Shown piece after piece: positions 12,881 to 24,979 of a stretch of DNA of 64,000 nucleotides. The notes below the pieces were generated by a model that did not search any database, had not been told where the DNA came from, and saw only the letters and a list, made by a program, of their open reading frames with translations. The DNA is from Azolla caroliniana. Taxonomy: Eukaryota; Plantae; Polypodiophyta. The DNA is taken from the NCBI GenBank assembly GCA_043228905.1, contig JBHGNT010000022.1, positions 12,648,001 to 12,712,000 of the forward strand. The letters are read 5' to 3'. Position 1 is the first letter of the stretch. Each line of letters begins with the position of its first letter. Position numbers and translations under genes: made by a program.

Positions 12881-14198
12881 ATGAACAATAACTTTGGTTG
12901 AGATCACACAAACTTGTGGGGCGATCGTAAATCAAATGACTTTACAACACTGAAAATGTCATTATTCCCATCCTACATTAAAGAGTGAAAAATCTCTTAT
13001 ATAATGGATAAACATTGCATGCATATTATTCCCAAAAAGAAAAGATCACATGCCTTGTTCACATATGGAGTGATAACATTCAAAGAGGGTGTATATAGAA
13101 TGAAAAGAAAAAGAGTGCACTTTCTTGACAAAACAATGTAGAGGTTCTCAGTTGTTTAAAAGTGGCATTGAATTTACACCACACGTATTAAGTCGTAACT
13201 TGTAAGTATATTGGGGCCCCAAAAGAGGCACAATAAGACACAGTGGATGAGTTGTCCATGGCCCCAATATCTTTTGACCATAGTAATGTTTATCGTTTTT
13301 GGAAATGTCGAGAACGATTCTGTGAAATAATTGGATCAAAATTGTTAAATTCACATTTGTGCACTAACCGTGTATTAAAAAAAAGGGTTTGCATTGACCA
13401 TATATCTTTACCCCCAAGAATATGGCTTTACAACATCAAGCACATATTTTCCACAACATAAACGGTAACTATGGCAACGTTGCATAATAAAAAAAGTCAA
13501 TTCTAACAGCAACAAAATAGAATGAAACGACTTTGTTATTTTTTTTATTCCAAAACATCCCAATTCAACACAAAGCAATAATGGCCTCACATTTGGATGC
13601 GTAAAGGAAGGGGAAATGTACCTCAAGTTGATCTAATTACATATCCGAACAATGTACTCAAGACATAAATACACACATTTATAGGTATTGTTGTTAAAGC
13701 GCTCATGGTATCCTCGTGGTATTCTCCATCTAATATATGTGACATTGTTAATAGTTACATATTTGAAAGTTAATCTAACCTATGTTTGTTCTCGTGGTTG
13801 TGGTCTTATCAATCTCGTAGATACTACGTTGGGGACCTATGAGCTTTGTCAAAAGATTGTAGGTAAGCTTCTAGGTAGCTTCTTTATCCTTAAGAGGAGG
13901 TATTATAATTTATAACCAAAGGACCATAAGAACCTATAGCCCTCTTTTCTTTCTTCTTGTTATTTATTTTGTTAGAGAGGACCACAACTACACACACACA
14001 CACACACACACGTCTCTTCTCTCAATGAACAACTCCTAGCAGACCCAAGCATGCCATTGTTTTTATAATGGATCAAAAGGCTATATAACTTTGCAATCAT
14101 ATGTGTTGGATCTGTGAGTTGTGACATCCCATTTTCCCCATTTACCGTAGTAGTATGCGCAGATCTCGAATTCGATATCTACAAGGAACCAAGGATCG

Positions 14199-14909
14199 AT
14201 GGAAGGAAGCGGTCGTGGTCGTGGTGGGATCGTGTACGAAAAGCGGATGCCGAAGCTACACACCATATTCGAGGGCGATTCGAGCTACACTGAGCATAGA
14301 GTGATGCTAGAGGACTGGACCAAGCAATTGGAGGCGAGCGAGCGGAGCCTAGCGCGCAAGCAAGCGAGTTGTAGCAGCGCGAGGGCCGACCTATACCAAA
14401 TCTTGGGGCTCTTCTTCGTGTTCCAAGGAGTGGTCATCACCGCGGTCGCCCAATCCAACCTCCTAAAGTGCCACAATTGGTATCTACCATTCATGCTTTC
14501 ACTCATTGTGTCGGTGGCCGCATTTGCGGCCGCGATCCAGAAGCTCAAAGAAGAGGCTGACTTCAAGGAGCAATCGCGGCTCGAGAAGGCGGTCCATAGA
14601 TCCATCTACAACAGCCTCGAGGAGCTCCGGCAAGATGGTTTGGACATGGATTTGCAGCGGGGGCAGCCCGAGCTCCATGGGCCATATACGGAGGATGAGC
14701 TGCGAGGGAAAGGCAAGCTCGAGAATGTGTGGGTTACCATGTCTAGATTCTGTAGTGTGTGGGTGTGTAGCTATGCTGGGGCTGTTCTTTTTCTCCTCCT
14801 CCTCTTCTCTAGCATCACCCTTACCTCTGTCTGGAAGATCTTATGTAATCCTGATGATGCTGCCCCTCCATCCCCATCCCCATCCCCATCCCCATCTCCT
14901 CCAAATTGA
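14199..14909 (+). CDS. Intronless 236-aa membrane protein, MEE60-like plant family (coiled coil, TM hairpin, coiled coil, C-terminal TM, (SP)n tail)
   Basis: Clean GC-rich ATG-to-stop ORF. Motifs LYQILGLFFVFQGVVITAVAQSNLLKCHNWYLPFMLS and LEELRQDGLDMDL match the pattern of Arabidopsis MEE60-type proteins as recalled; not searched. Confidence 0.8.
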   Translation: MEGSGRGRGGIVYEKRMPKLHTIFEGDSSYTEHRVMLEDWTKQLEASERSLARKQASCSSARADLYQILGLFFVFQGVVITAVAQSNLLKCHNWYLPFMLSLIVSVAAFAAAIQKLKEEADFKEQSRLEKAVHRSIYNSLEELRQDGLDMDLQRGQPELHGPYTEDELRGKGKLENVWVTMSRFCSVWVCSYAGAVLFLLLLFSSITLTSVWKILCNPDDAAPPSPSPSPSPSPPN

Positions 14910-15166
14910 TCAATCAAAACTAGCACACTAGCAAGGACCACCCAAAAGTTCTTTTAACTAACAAATTTATGCCGCAACAAAGGGCAATCTATAGATAGAT
15001 AGATGGATCATTCTCGGCAAAAACTTGTGAATGTGCTCAGGTCCCACGGGTCAACAGTGGCCTCTCTATATGGTCACGAAAACATCTAATCTCATCTCTC
15101 CCTCTCTCTCTCTCTCTCTCAATTGCAACATTCATTGGTAATTCATTGATAAAGTTCTTGAACACC

Positions 15167-15422
15167 AAGAGTTGCTACTCACTTTCACATGTATAAACTT
15201 GTGTATGTACTCAGGTCCCATGGGGTCAATAAGAGTCGCTACTCACTTTCACATGTATAAACTTGTGTATGTACTCAGGTCCCATGGGATCAATAAGAGT
15301 CATTACTCACTTTCACATGTATAAACTTGTGTATGTACTCAGGTCCCATGGGGTCAATAAGAGTTGCTACTCACTTTCACATGTATAAACTTGTGTATGT
15401 ACCTAGGTCCCATGGGGTCAAT
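15167..15422. repeat. Tandem repeat, 4 x 64 bp
   Basis: Unit aagagttgctactcactttcacatgtataaacttgtgtatgtactcaggtcccatggggtcaat starts at 15167, 15231, 15295 and 15359. Confidence 0.95.
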
Positions 15423-15628
15423 ATTGGCCTCTCTAAATGGTCAGAAAAAAACATTGAATGCAATCTCTCTCTCTCTTTTATCATAATTAGTTTACCCTAT
15501 TGGTAAGTTGTTACATTACAAACACTACATCTTGGGTTCGAAACCCAATTTTCTCACCTCTCTATTATATACTTCATACGTATCTCTTAATTCATTAGAT
15601 GCCATTGTGGAATGTAAGGGTTGAACCC

Positions 15629-15631
<3 letters not shown>

Positions 15632-15677
<46 letters not shown>
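15632..15677. repeat. (CT)n microsatellite
   Basis: Seen directly. Confidence 0.95.
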
Positions 15678-15680
<3 letters not shown>

Positions 15681-17289
15681 ATTCATTGGTAATTCATTGA
15701 TAAAATTCTTGAATATTAAGAGTCACTAGTCACTTTCACATGTATTACATGAAATGTAATATTTTTGTCACTCCCATAACCGATTCGACGAGAGGGGAGG
15801 TTGTTCACCCTCCGAGGAACTAAAAAAGATGCCCCTAACAAAATTAGGGGTATATAGAAAATTAAAGCAAAATGCAAGGATACTTCAAAAGAAAATTGCC
15901 CACAAAGGTTTTTTTTAACTTTCTCAATATTTGTATGTTTGCATCTCATTGTTCATATTTCTCATCATTTGGTTCTTGATCCTCATCCCTTGCCCCATCC
16001 TTTCCAAGGTCTCAATAATGATTGTAAGGCATTCTTAGCCTTTTGATGAAGCCTTTGAATTCAAAATCAAATTGTGAGATGTATCTGTGCTCACTTGAGC
16101 AAATTGTATTAGTGTATACCAAATCATAAATGTCTATCCAAAATGGTTACTTGCAAAGCCCGTCTCCATTATACTAGATTGAGAGAGGTCTATTGTTGTG
16201 CACTTTAGCCTAGTAATTCATTGGACTAATTAATGATGTATATCAAGGCGCACATCGCTAACATAGTCCTGAGCAGTATTGAGCAACCATTCATAAAATG
16301 TGCTCATTAAAGAGAGGGAATTAAGGTGACGTTTGCACCTTGTTATAAGAACTTGATTTTAATCGAACCTCACTTTTTCACTCTAGATATAGATTGGGAA
16401 AAGTTTGACATAGTGACAATATTTGAATTTAAAATAGAGGGCTTGATTGATGAGCCCTATTCAAACTTTACCGAAAGATTATGATGTAATATATCCTTTG
16501 GATGGCATTTAACGAGTACAATCAAATTTGGGTGTACACACAACTCTAGATCTCAAATGCTCAAGTTATGAAAGTCTTTTGTTGTTGTAAAAGGCATACA
16601 TAGGAGGAAGAAGACTTTTTCCAAATTATCTTACATTGCCTTGTATGAAGTATTTATCCTACAAGCATCAAACTTTACAATACACCCCAACATTCTCAAA
16701 GGTTTTATAGCAAAACGTGGAGTCCGTAGATATTCATTGCAAAGTTGCTTCACAAAGGTTTGTCATTGTTGACTATTGTATCGTGCATGTAAAGGCAATT
16801 GTTCCAAATTATATTCTCTTTGATATTATGATAGACTTGTGCAAATTTTAATTAACATGTTTTACCAGATTTTTTGTCCAAGTTTTATTACCTTAATACC
16901 ATAATTGATTCTATATTGACAATTGTCTAACAAATATACACTAAGGGGAAGTAAACACCTTCAACAGGACCAATTTATTGATTCAGCTTTGAAAAGAGAT
17001 CAAGAAACCATCATGGGAACATATTATCTTTTCAACTATATAAGGAGAATTGTCCAATATTTTCATAGCTCTTAGCAATTAAACCATGTACCATCCGTAA
17101 TCTTGTCCGTGGAAAAATCGATCCATACTTTTCAACATAAAAACATTGTAAATATTATTAATTAATATAAACGTAGAACATTTGTTTATTGTTATATGTT
17201 TGATACGCTTAGAGAAATGTTTGGTTTGCATGATGGATGAGAAACATAAAAGCCTCTCCTACAATATGCAATATTCAATCATGATAGTT

Positions 17290-18760
17290 ATACAACTTGT
17301 CTAGACGCAAGGGTGAGCAATTCCTCTTCAGAAACGTGGCCAATATACAACTTGGGCGAAAGACAAATTGTAGGAGGCCACTAGGGTGATGCAGGAGATT
17401 AGGAAGCAACATGAGCAATTCCTCTTCTGAAAGTTGGTAACATGGTGGGTTGTCAAGGGACATAAAGTTAACAAGGAGTTTTTTCATACCAAGGCTCCAA
17501 AACTAAGGGGAAACGCATATTCAAAGTCTCAAGCGAGAGGATGATTCGATGGTGACTAATCAAGAGGAAATATTGCAAATGGCAACTAATAGAGACCTTA
17601 TGGCTCTAGCGTTGAGAGAAGCCCCACCGATAAACTTGGTGCATGATGTAGTTGCATGCTTGAAGACTAGGATTGGAGAGCTAGCCAAAACTCAATTGTC
17701 AAAGGCCATAGAGAAGGAAGAGATTGTAGTGGGGCTAGATAGGATACATAGTATGGCTTGTCCTAGAGCTGACAGCCTTCCCAAAGCCTTCTTCGAGGAA
17801 TTTCGGGAGCGAAGTTTTCCAAGTTTGGAAGTTGGATTGCATGATATTTGAAGAACGAGAAGGATGCCGAGCAAATTCAATGAAGACTTCATATACCTTA
17901 TTCCTAAATCGGAGAATGCATCGCACGAGATTAGACAATGGAGGCCCATTACAATTTTAAATCTAATTTACAAAAAAATTGCCAACATACAAGTGCAGAG
18001 ACTCAAGCCTTTTCTAGGAGATATCATCCAAACCAATCAAACTAGTTTCATGGAGCATCGATCTATTATGGACAACGTGATATTGTTTTGGGAGGTCGTT
18101 GCGACAGTGAGGGAGACCAAGCAAAACTTAGCCTTTGTGATGCTCAACTTCGAGAAAGCCTATGATCGAGTGCAATGGTCTTTCCTTGAAGAAATGATGA
18201 AGGTCATTGAGCTATCCTGGGAATGGAGGTGTGTTGCTCAAGCCTTATACATATATGAATGGCTCAAGTAAGGTGTTGATTGCAGGGAGGAAAGGAGCTA
18301 AAATCTCTCTAACACAATCCATCATACATGGTTGTCATCTCGGCCCCTTTCTGTTCCTCTTTATTACTGAAGCAATGTCTGCCTTTTTGAATAGTAAGGT
18401 GGCATATTTACATGGTCTTTCAATCCCTAACTCAAGGAAGTCCTTGTTGGACTCGGAGTTCACGGACGATACGATGTTGTACCTCCAAGGTAATGAAGCA
18501 AATCTTGAGAGGGCACAAATTGCTATCAGACTCTTTTGCAAAGCATCGGGAGCTTCCATCAATTGCAATAAGTCCAACGGTTCGTGGATTAGCTTAGAGT
18601 GAGAGTTGGTATGGAAACTAAATGTTGAATTCAGATGAATTGCAAAAGGGGAAGATACCAGATATCTAGGAACGTGGATTGGTGTAGATATCAACAAAGG
18701 AATGCAGTTGAAACAAATTCAAGGTAAAATTTGTGACAAAATACACAACTGGTCAGGGAT
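17290..18760 (+). mobile_element. L1-type LINE ORF2 remnant (RT domain), left part
   Basis: IYLIPK..QWRPITILN..YKKIA, NFEKAYDRVQWSFL, HGCHLGPFLF, EFTDDT, RYLG. Truncated by an LTR at 18761. Confidence 0.9.
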
Positions 18761-18861
18761 TGTTAATAATTAGGTAATTAATTAAGGAAGCGTTAATTAG
18801 TACCTAATTATGTGATTAGTTTATAAGCGGAAGATTATGTGATATGTGTGTGTATATGTGT

Positions 18862-18869
<8 letters not shown>

Positions 18870-18927
<58 letters not shown>
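18870..18927. repeat. (AG)n microsatellite within an LTR
   Basis: Seen directly. Confidence 0.9.
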
Positions 18928-18930
<3 letters not shown>

Positions 18931-20255
18931 TTATGAACAACACAAGATGGGGGATGAGTAACTATATTAAATTAGCTTTATCATCATCAAATACCAAAAT
19001 ACCCACAATGAGGTATATATACATTTCATGTGCAAGGGTGCATATGTGTGAGGATAATATAGGTACAAAAGTGTAAGTCCTATATTAAATGTACTTAGGA
19101 GTGGAGGATCTAGAATATCCCACTTAAGTACAATGTCCTATTTAAGGCATTATAGTCAACACTTCTAACTAGATTCTATCTAGGTAACTACGAAGTTACA
19201 CGGTTGACTAACTAACTAAACTAAGTTGAGCTTGATATCTCAACACGCCTCCTCAAGCTCAAGTATGGCGCATCCGATGTCCGCTTTGGCTTTCGACGTT
19301 CGGATCTTCGATTTGGTTGAATCAGCTTCAGCTTTGGATGGCCGGTATTGTTTCTTTCGGCGTCGACTTCTTTGTGGCAGTTTCGGTTCCTCCCCCTCAA
19401 GCCTGTGATGAAGGCTTGTTGTGCAAAATTAGCCGACTACTTTCACCCATCGCGGGTTACAAGCTACTTCTGTAGAGCTCTCGGGCTCTTGTTCGGCCGC
19501 TACCTTCATCGTGAAGGCGTAATGATGGGCCATGTACTCGTTGTAGCCAAGCCGAGTGACGGGATTCTTCTCTCTAGAAGAGCGTCAAAGTTTTTCGCTC
19601 GCCGATGTGAGCGCCTTCTTTACTCCGGGTGTACGCATGATGGGTACACCAAACTCCCTGTCTAGTGAGGGAACCAATCCATCCGAATCATTGTCGTCAG
19701 GTAGGTCGACTTCGTATTCGGGCATCTTACCTTTGCCTTTGTCCAAGTTTGTACTTGGCCGCGACGTGCTTGGGTCGCGTGGGGGCTCTTGTGGCCCACT
19801 AGGCCTTGCCGTAATCGGACTTGCCCCTTGAGTTTTTGGAAGTGGGAGAACACTTCGCTATTCTTCTTCGTCGGGAAGATCCACGCGTAGCGCGAGTACT
19901 CGTCGATGAAGGTGACATAGAATCGGCATCTGCCGATCGTCGACGTTCGAGCTAGTCCCCATACATCCGAGTGTATGATGTCGAGGAGGCATTTGCTTAC
20001 GTGGCTCTCCTTCGGGAATGGGAATCGATGTTATTTGCCGAGTTGACACGCTTCGCATACTCGGTCAACTCGAATGTCGGAAGTCCAATGACGACTCCCT
20101 TGGTTTGCATCGCTTGAAGCCTTTGGAGGTTTATGTGGCCAATTCTCTTGTGCCACAACTCGATGCTTGTCTCGGTTTTGAGACCTTTGGCGTACATTGC
20201 CGATTCACCATGTTCAAATCAAGGATGAACATCTGGTCGTCTCTCCGTCCCTTAG

Positions 20256-20863
20256 TGTTGGGATTACGGTCCCTTCGGATGGGATGGTCGGATATCGGAG
20301 ATGAATGCCGACAAGCCCGGTTTCGGTTTCGGATCCGGATGACGAAGACCCCGGCTTCGGTGCCGGATGACGAATGTACCCGGAGAGCAATCCGGATGCA
20401 GGGACATATCCGTGAATATGTTCGCTACGAGCCCCCTGAGGCTATAGTTGTAAATAGCCCAAAGTCATATAAGTATAAATATGACTTAGGGCAAACAGTT
20501 TTTCTGTTGCTTCTTATTTTTCTGTTTTTCCACTCAAGAGGAGTGAAGAGGGAGCAGCCGTGAGAGAGAGAGAGAGAGATAGAGCGCGAGAGAGGAAGAG
20601 GTAGACGCCTCTGTGTATTTCCGCCGCCTGTGGCGAGGACAGCGAGCTCAAGGTCGTTGCCTTGCAGCTCGTCATTGTATATTTCTCTGTGCATAGTTTG
20701 GTTCGGAGTCTCGCACTCCCGTGGTTTTTCCCGTATAGGGTTTTCCACGTTAATCCCTGTGTATCGCGTCTTTCTCTGTATTTCCTATTTTCTGCTACAT
20801 TGATCCGCGATTAATCGGTTGTGGCCGAGTGGTGAAGGTGAATCCAAGCGTTGATTCCCAACA
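20256..20863 (+). repeat. 5' LTR of the intact Copia
   Basis: Direct repeat of 24980-25587. Confidence 0.97.
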
Positions 20864-20892
20864 AACTGGTATCAGAGCGTCTGTTGCAGAAA

Positions 20893-23800
20893 ATGGAAGG
20901 CGGCGGCAGCGGGCAGCCGATGATGATGGTGCTGAATGCACAGAATTACGCCGACTGGAAGATCAAGATGGAGGATCTTCTGATTGTTCGGGACCTGTAC
21001 GAACCGATTGACAGGTCGGAAATACCGAAAGGGGTACTTGAGTCGGAGTGGAAGCTCCTGAACCGGAAAGCCGTAGCGACGATCCGACAATACGTCGATG
21101 TAAGCGTCCTACAACATGTGGCGAACGACACCAACGCATACGAGATGTGGAAGAAGCTGTCGGGCCTCTATGAGAGGAAGAATGCGTTGAACCGGACCTC
21201 CCTGATGAGGAAGATAGTGAATCTCAAGTACCGGGACGGCGAGAGTATGGTAGAACACGTAAGCACGTTCATGGGATTCGTGAATCAGCTTGCGGCGATC
21301 AAGTTCCCGCTGGAGGATGCAATGCAAGCCATCATCCTGATGTGTACATTGCCGGAAAGCTGGGAGAACTTGGTGGTGACTCTCAGCACCTCGTGCACCG
21401 AAGATAACTTGTCCTTACAAACGGTAAAGACAAGTATTCTGAATGAAGAAGCGCGTCGGAGAGATAAGGAACCGGCCTCCGACCCGAAGATGCTGTTTAC
21501 CGAATCGGATCGGGGAAGACAATGGAACCGGAGTCCGCAAAGACGGGAGAAGTCGGGGACCCGGTCGCAGTCAAGAGGAAGACCCACATGCTTCCACTGT
21601 GGGAAGCCGGGGCACTTCCGGAAGAATTGTCGGCATTACCGAAAAGACAACGGAGCCGACGACACCGATTCGAAGAAGTCACCGGAGAGAAACGGTGCAT
21701 ACCGGGGAGCCACGGACCGGAGAGGTTCGGATCGGCGAGGGCAGGACCGGAAAGGAACAACGGCACTCGCGGCAAGTGAGGAAGAAATCATGCTCATCAC
21801 CGAAGAAGGTGAGCTAAACGTTGCCGGCGATGAGACGACCTGGGTGGTCGATTCCGGAGCATCGTTCCACCTGACCCCGGAGAGAAGATACTTCTCATCC
21901 TACACAGCCGGTGAGCATGGCTGTGTTCGGATGGGAAATGAAGGTACGTGCCGGATTGCCGGCATAGGAGACGTGTGGTTGACAACCCCGACCGGATGCA
22001 AAATGCTGCTGAAAGATGTCCGACACGTTCCGGAGGTCCGATTGAACCTGATCTCGGCCGGGAGGCTAGATGATGAAGGCTACACGGGTAGCATCCGGAA
22101 CGGTGTCATGAAGTTCAGCAAGGGGAGCCTGATAGTGGCTCGGGCCCGGAAGGTCAACACACTGTACCTGATGAATGCCCGGTTATGTCCGGAAGAGCTG
22201 AATGTGGCAGCCGACACTGCCGGTGAGCTGTGGCACAAAAGACTGTGCCACATGAGTGAGAAGGGGATGAAGAGGCTTGCAGAAGACAACCTCATCCCAG
22301 TGAAGCACGTGCACCTGGAGAAGTGCACCGATTGCCTGGCCGGTAAGCAGAACCGAACCTCCTTCCACTCAAGGCCACCGACGAGACGTAGCGCACCATT
22401 GGAGTTGGTGCACACTGACGTGTGTCAGGTAGAGACGAAGTCACATGGCGGAGCCCAGTACTTCGTAACATTCATCGATGATCATAGCCGAAAACTGTGG
22501 ACGGCACCGATGAAGACAAAGGACCAAGTGTTGTCCGTCTTCAAAGAACTCCATGCGAGAGTGGAAAGAGAATCCGGCAAGAAGCTGAAAGCGATACGAG
22601 CGGATAACGGAGGGGAATACCGAGGGCAGTTCCAGGAGTACTGTCGCTCGAAGGGAATCCGACTCGAGTTTACTGTGCCGAAGACGCCGGAACTGAACGG
22701 GCTGGCCGAGAGGATGAACCGGACCATAATGGAGCGGGTCCGGAGTATGCTGGCGCATGCGAAATTACCCAAGGGGTTTTGGGCTGAGGCAATGTCGACG
22801 GCGACATATGTGATAAACAGATCACCCTCAGTTCCTTTGGACGGAGACACGCCGCAGAGAGTGTGGACCGGTAAGGAAGTGTCCTACCGGCATCTGAAGG
22901 TGTTCGGGTGTCTCGCATACGTGCATGTGGCAAAGGACCGGAGAGGAAAGCTAGATCCTAAGACCCGGCCATGCATATTCCTCGGTTACGGCGACGACGA
23001 GTTCGGCTACCGAGTATGGGACCCGGTCGACAAGAAGATATTCAGGAGTCGAGACATCATCTTCATGGAGGACAAGACACTCGCCGACTGGGAGTCGGAG
23101 AAGAAGATGAAGAGCTCCAAGTCGATCGGTGAGGATCAACTCTACGAGGAGCAGTCCCGACCGGCAAGGGACCGGTTAACACTCGAGGATCCGGCCGAAG
23201 ACGGTGAAGAAACAGAACCGGCCGAAGAAGATGAAAACGATACCGGAACCGGCCCCGATCCCGAAATGGATTCGGATGAAGAAGAAGAATCGGAAGAACC
23301 GGTTACCGAAGCTCCGGAACGGAGATACCCTCTAAGAGAGAGAAGGGCCCCCCGGAGATTTCCGGAACCAGAGCACGTGTTGCTAACCGACGAGGGGGAG
23401 CCGGAGAGCTTTGAAGAAGCAAAGCATGACACCCAGAGCCGCAGGTGGTTGAGTGCCATGCAGGACAAGATGGATTCCCTGCATGAGAACCACACATATG
23501 AACTTGTGGAGTTGCCGAAAGGAAAGCGGGCACTGCGAAACAAGTGGGTGTTCAAGCTGAAACCGGGAGATGCCGGAAACCCCCCGAGATACAAAGCCAG
23601 GATCGTGGTGAAGGGGTTTCAGCAGAAGAAGGGCGTCGACTTCGACGAGATATTTGCCCCGGTAGTGAAGATGACCTCCATCCGGACGGTGCTGAGCACA
23701 GCGGCAAGCATGGACCTCGAGGTAGAACAGATGGACGTGAAGACGGCATTCCTTCACGGTGACCTCGAAGAAGAGATCTACATGCAGCAACCGGAAGGAT

Positions 23801-24969
23801 TCGAGAAGAAAGGGAAGGAGCACCTGGTATGCCGGTTGAAGAAGAGCCTTTACGGACTGAAGCAGGCTCCCCGGCAATGGTACCGGAAGTTCGACTCCTT
23901 CATGACCGACGAAGGGTACCTCAAAACGCAGTCCGACCACTGCGTGTTTGTGAAGAAGTTCGAAGGAGGAGACTCCCTAATACTCCTCCTGTACGTGGAC
24001 GACATGTTGATCGTCGGACGGGACCAGGTCAAGATACGGATGCTGAAGAAGGCTCTTCACCGAACCTTCTCAATGAAGGACCTGGGTCCGGCGAGGCAAA
24101 TACTAGGGATGCACATCATCCGGGACCGGAGCAAGAAGCAGTTGTGGCTGTCACAAGAGAAGTACGTGACAAAGGTGCTTCAACGGTTCAACATGTCGGA
24201 AGCAAGACCGGTCGGATCAACCCTACCGGCAAACTGCAAGTTGTCCAGCAAGCAAAGTCCCAAGACAAAGGCTGAAAAGGAGGATATGATGAAAGTGCCG
24301 TATGCCTCAGCTGTCGGGAGCTTGATGTACGCCATGGTGTGTACGAGACCGGACATCGGATATGCAGTCGGAGTGGTGAGCCGGTACATGAGCAATCCCG
24401 GCAAAGAGCATTGGAACGCGGCCAAGTGGATACTCCGATACCTGAAGGGCACGGCAAACGTGTGCCTCCGATTCGGCTCCGGTAAGCCCGAACTTGAAGG
24501 CTTTACTGATTCTGATATGTCGGCTGATGCAGATACCAGCCGGTCCACATCAGGGTATGTGATGACGTATGCAGGGGGAGCTGTTTCGTGGCAGTCGAGG
24601 CTACAGAAGACGGTTGCGTTGTCAACCACGGAGGCGGAGTACATGGCGGCTGTTGAAGCCGGCAAGGAAATAATATGGATGAAGGACTTCATTAGAGAGC
24701 TCGGTATCCGGCAAGAGGAGTACCGACTCTACTGCGATAGTCAGAGTGCCATCCACCTTGCGAAGAACGCGGCCTACCATTCCCGGACGAAACACATCCA
24801 GCGTAGATACCACTGGATCCGGGAAAGGATAGAGGACAAGGAGTTCGTGCTGACGAAGATCCACACGGACGAGAACGGGTCGGATATGTTGACCAAGGTC
24901 CTCACACCCGACAAGCTGGAAGCATGCCGGAAGAGGGTCGGATTGGAGAGACATCCCATGCCGAAGTGA
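20893..24969 (+). CDS. Copia gag-pol polyprotein (1358 aa from the first ATG)
   Basis: Uninterrupted ORF: CFHCGKPGHFRKNC, WVVDSGASFH, LWHKRLCH..CTDC, VHTDVC..RADNGGEY..NGLAER, QMDVKTAFLHGDL, LYVDDML, GFTDSD..AEY..YCDSQSAI. Confidence 0.97.
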   Translation: MEGGGSGQPMMMVLNAQNYADWKIKMEDLLIVRDLYEPIDRSEIPKGVLESEWKLLNRKAVATIRQYVDVSVLQHVANDTNAYEMWKKLSGLYERKNALNRTSLMRKIVNLKYRDGESMVEHVSTFMGFVNQLAAIKFPLEDAMQAIILMCTLPESWENLVVTLSTSCTEDNLSLQTVKTSILNEEARRRDKEPASDPKMLFTESDRGRQWNRSPQRREKSGTRSQSRGRPTCFHCGKPGHFRKNCRHYRKDNGADDTDSKKSPERNGAYRGATDRRGSDRRGQDRKGTTALAASEEEIMLITEEGELNVAGDETTWVVDSGASFHLTPERRYFSSYTAGEHGCVRMGNEGTCRIAGIGDVWLTTPTGCKMLLKDVRHVPEVRLNLISAGRLDDEGYTGSIRNGVMKFSKGSLIVARARKVNTLYLMNARLCPEELNVAADTAGELWHKRLCHMSEKGMKRLAEDNLIPVKHVHLEKCTDCLAGKQNRTSFHSRPPTRRSAPLELVHTDVCQVETKSHGGAQYFVTFIDDHSRKLWTAPMKTKDQVLSVFKELHARVERESGKKLKAIRADNGGEYRGQFQEYCRSKGIRLEFTVPKTPELNGLAERMNRTIMERVRSMLAHAKLPKGFWAEAMSTATYVINRSPSVPLDGDTPQRVWTGKEVSYRHLKVFGCLAYVHVAKDRRGKLDPKTRPCIFLGYGDDEFGYRVWDPVDKKIFRSRDIIFMEDKTLADWESEKKMKSSKSIGEDQLYEEQSRPARDRLTLEDPAEDGEETEPAEEDENDTGTGPDPEMDSDEEEESEEPVTEAPERRYPLRERRAPRRFPEPEHVLLTDEGEPESFEEAKHDTQSRRWLSAMQDKMDSLHENHTYELVELPKGKRALRNKWVFKLKPGDAGNPPRYKARIVVKGFQQKKGVDFDEIFAPVVKMTSIRTVLSTAASMDLEVEQMDVKTAFLHGDLEEEIYMQQPEGFEKKGKEHLVCRLKKSLYGLKQAPRQWYRKFDSFMTDEGYLKTQSDHCVFVKKFEGGDSLILLLYVDDMLIVGRDQVKIRMLKKALHRTFSMKDLGPARQILGMHIIRDRSKKQLWLSQEKYVTKVLQRFNMSEARPVGSTLPANCKLSSKQSPKTKAEKEDMMKVPYASAVGSLMYAMVCTRPDIGYAVGVVSRYMSNPGKEHWNAAKWILRYLKGTANVCLRFGSGKPELEGFTDSDMSADADTSRSTSGYVMTYAGGAVSWQSRLQKTVALSTTEAEYMAAVEAGKEIIWMKDFIRELGIRQEEYRLYCDSQSAIHLAKNAAYHSRTKHIQRRYHWIRERIEDKEFVLTKIHTDENGSDMLTKVLTPDKLEACRKRVGLERHPMPK

Positions 24970-24979
24970 AGGGGGAGTT

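Noticed and set aside
15167-15422. Possible CRISPR array
   Set aside because: Head-to-tail units with no unique spacers; an ordinary minisatellite.
20018-20748. ORFs within the LTRs (repeated at 24979-25472, and the pair 4470-4667 / 11012-11209)
   Set aside because: They recur only because the LTRs are duplicated and have no recognisable domains.
20851-20892. ORF-track start of the Copia polyprotein at 20851
   Set aside because: It is a TTG inside the LTR/PBS. The first ATG is at 20893.
21109-24959. Many antisense and alternate-frame ORFs over the Copia pol
   Set aside because: Expected shadows of a GC-rich coding region, with no independent motifs.
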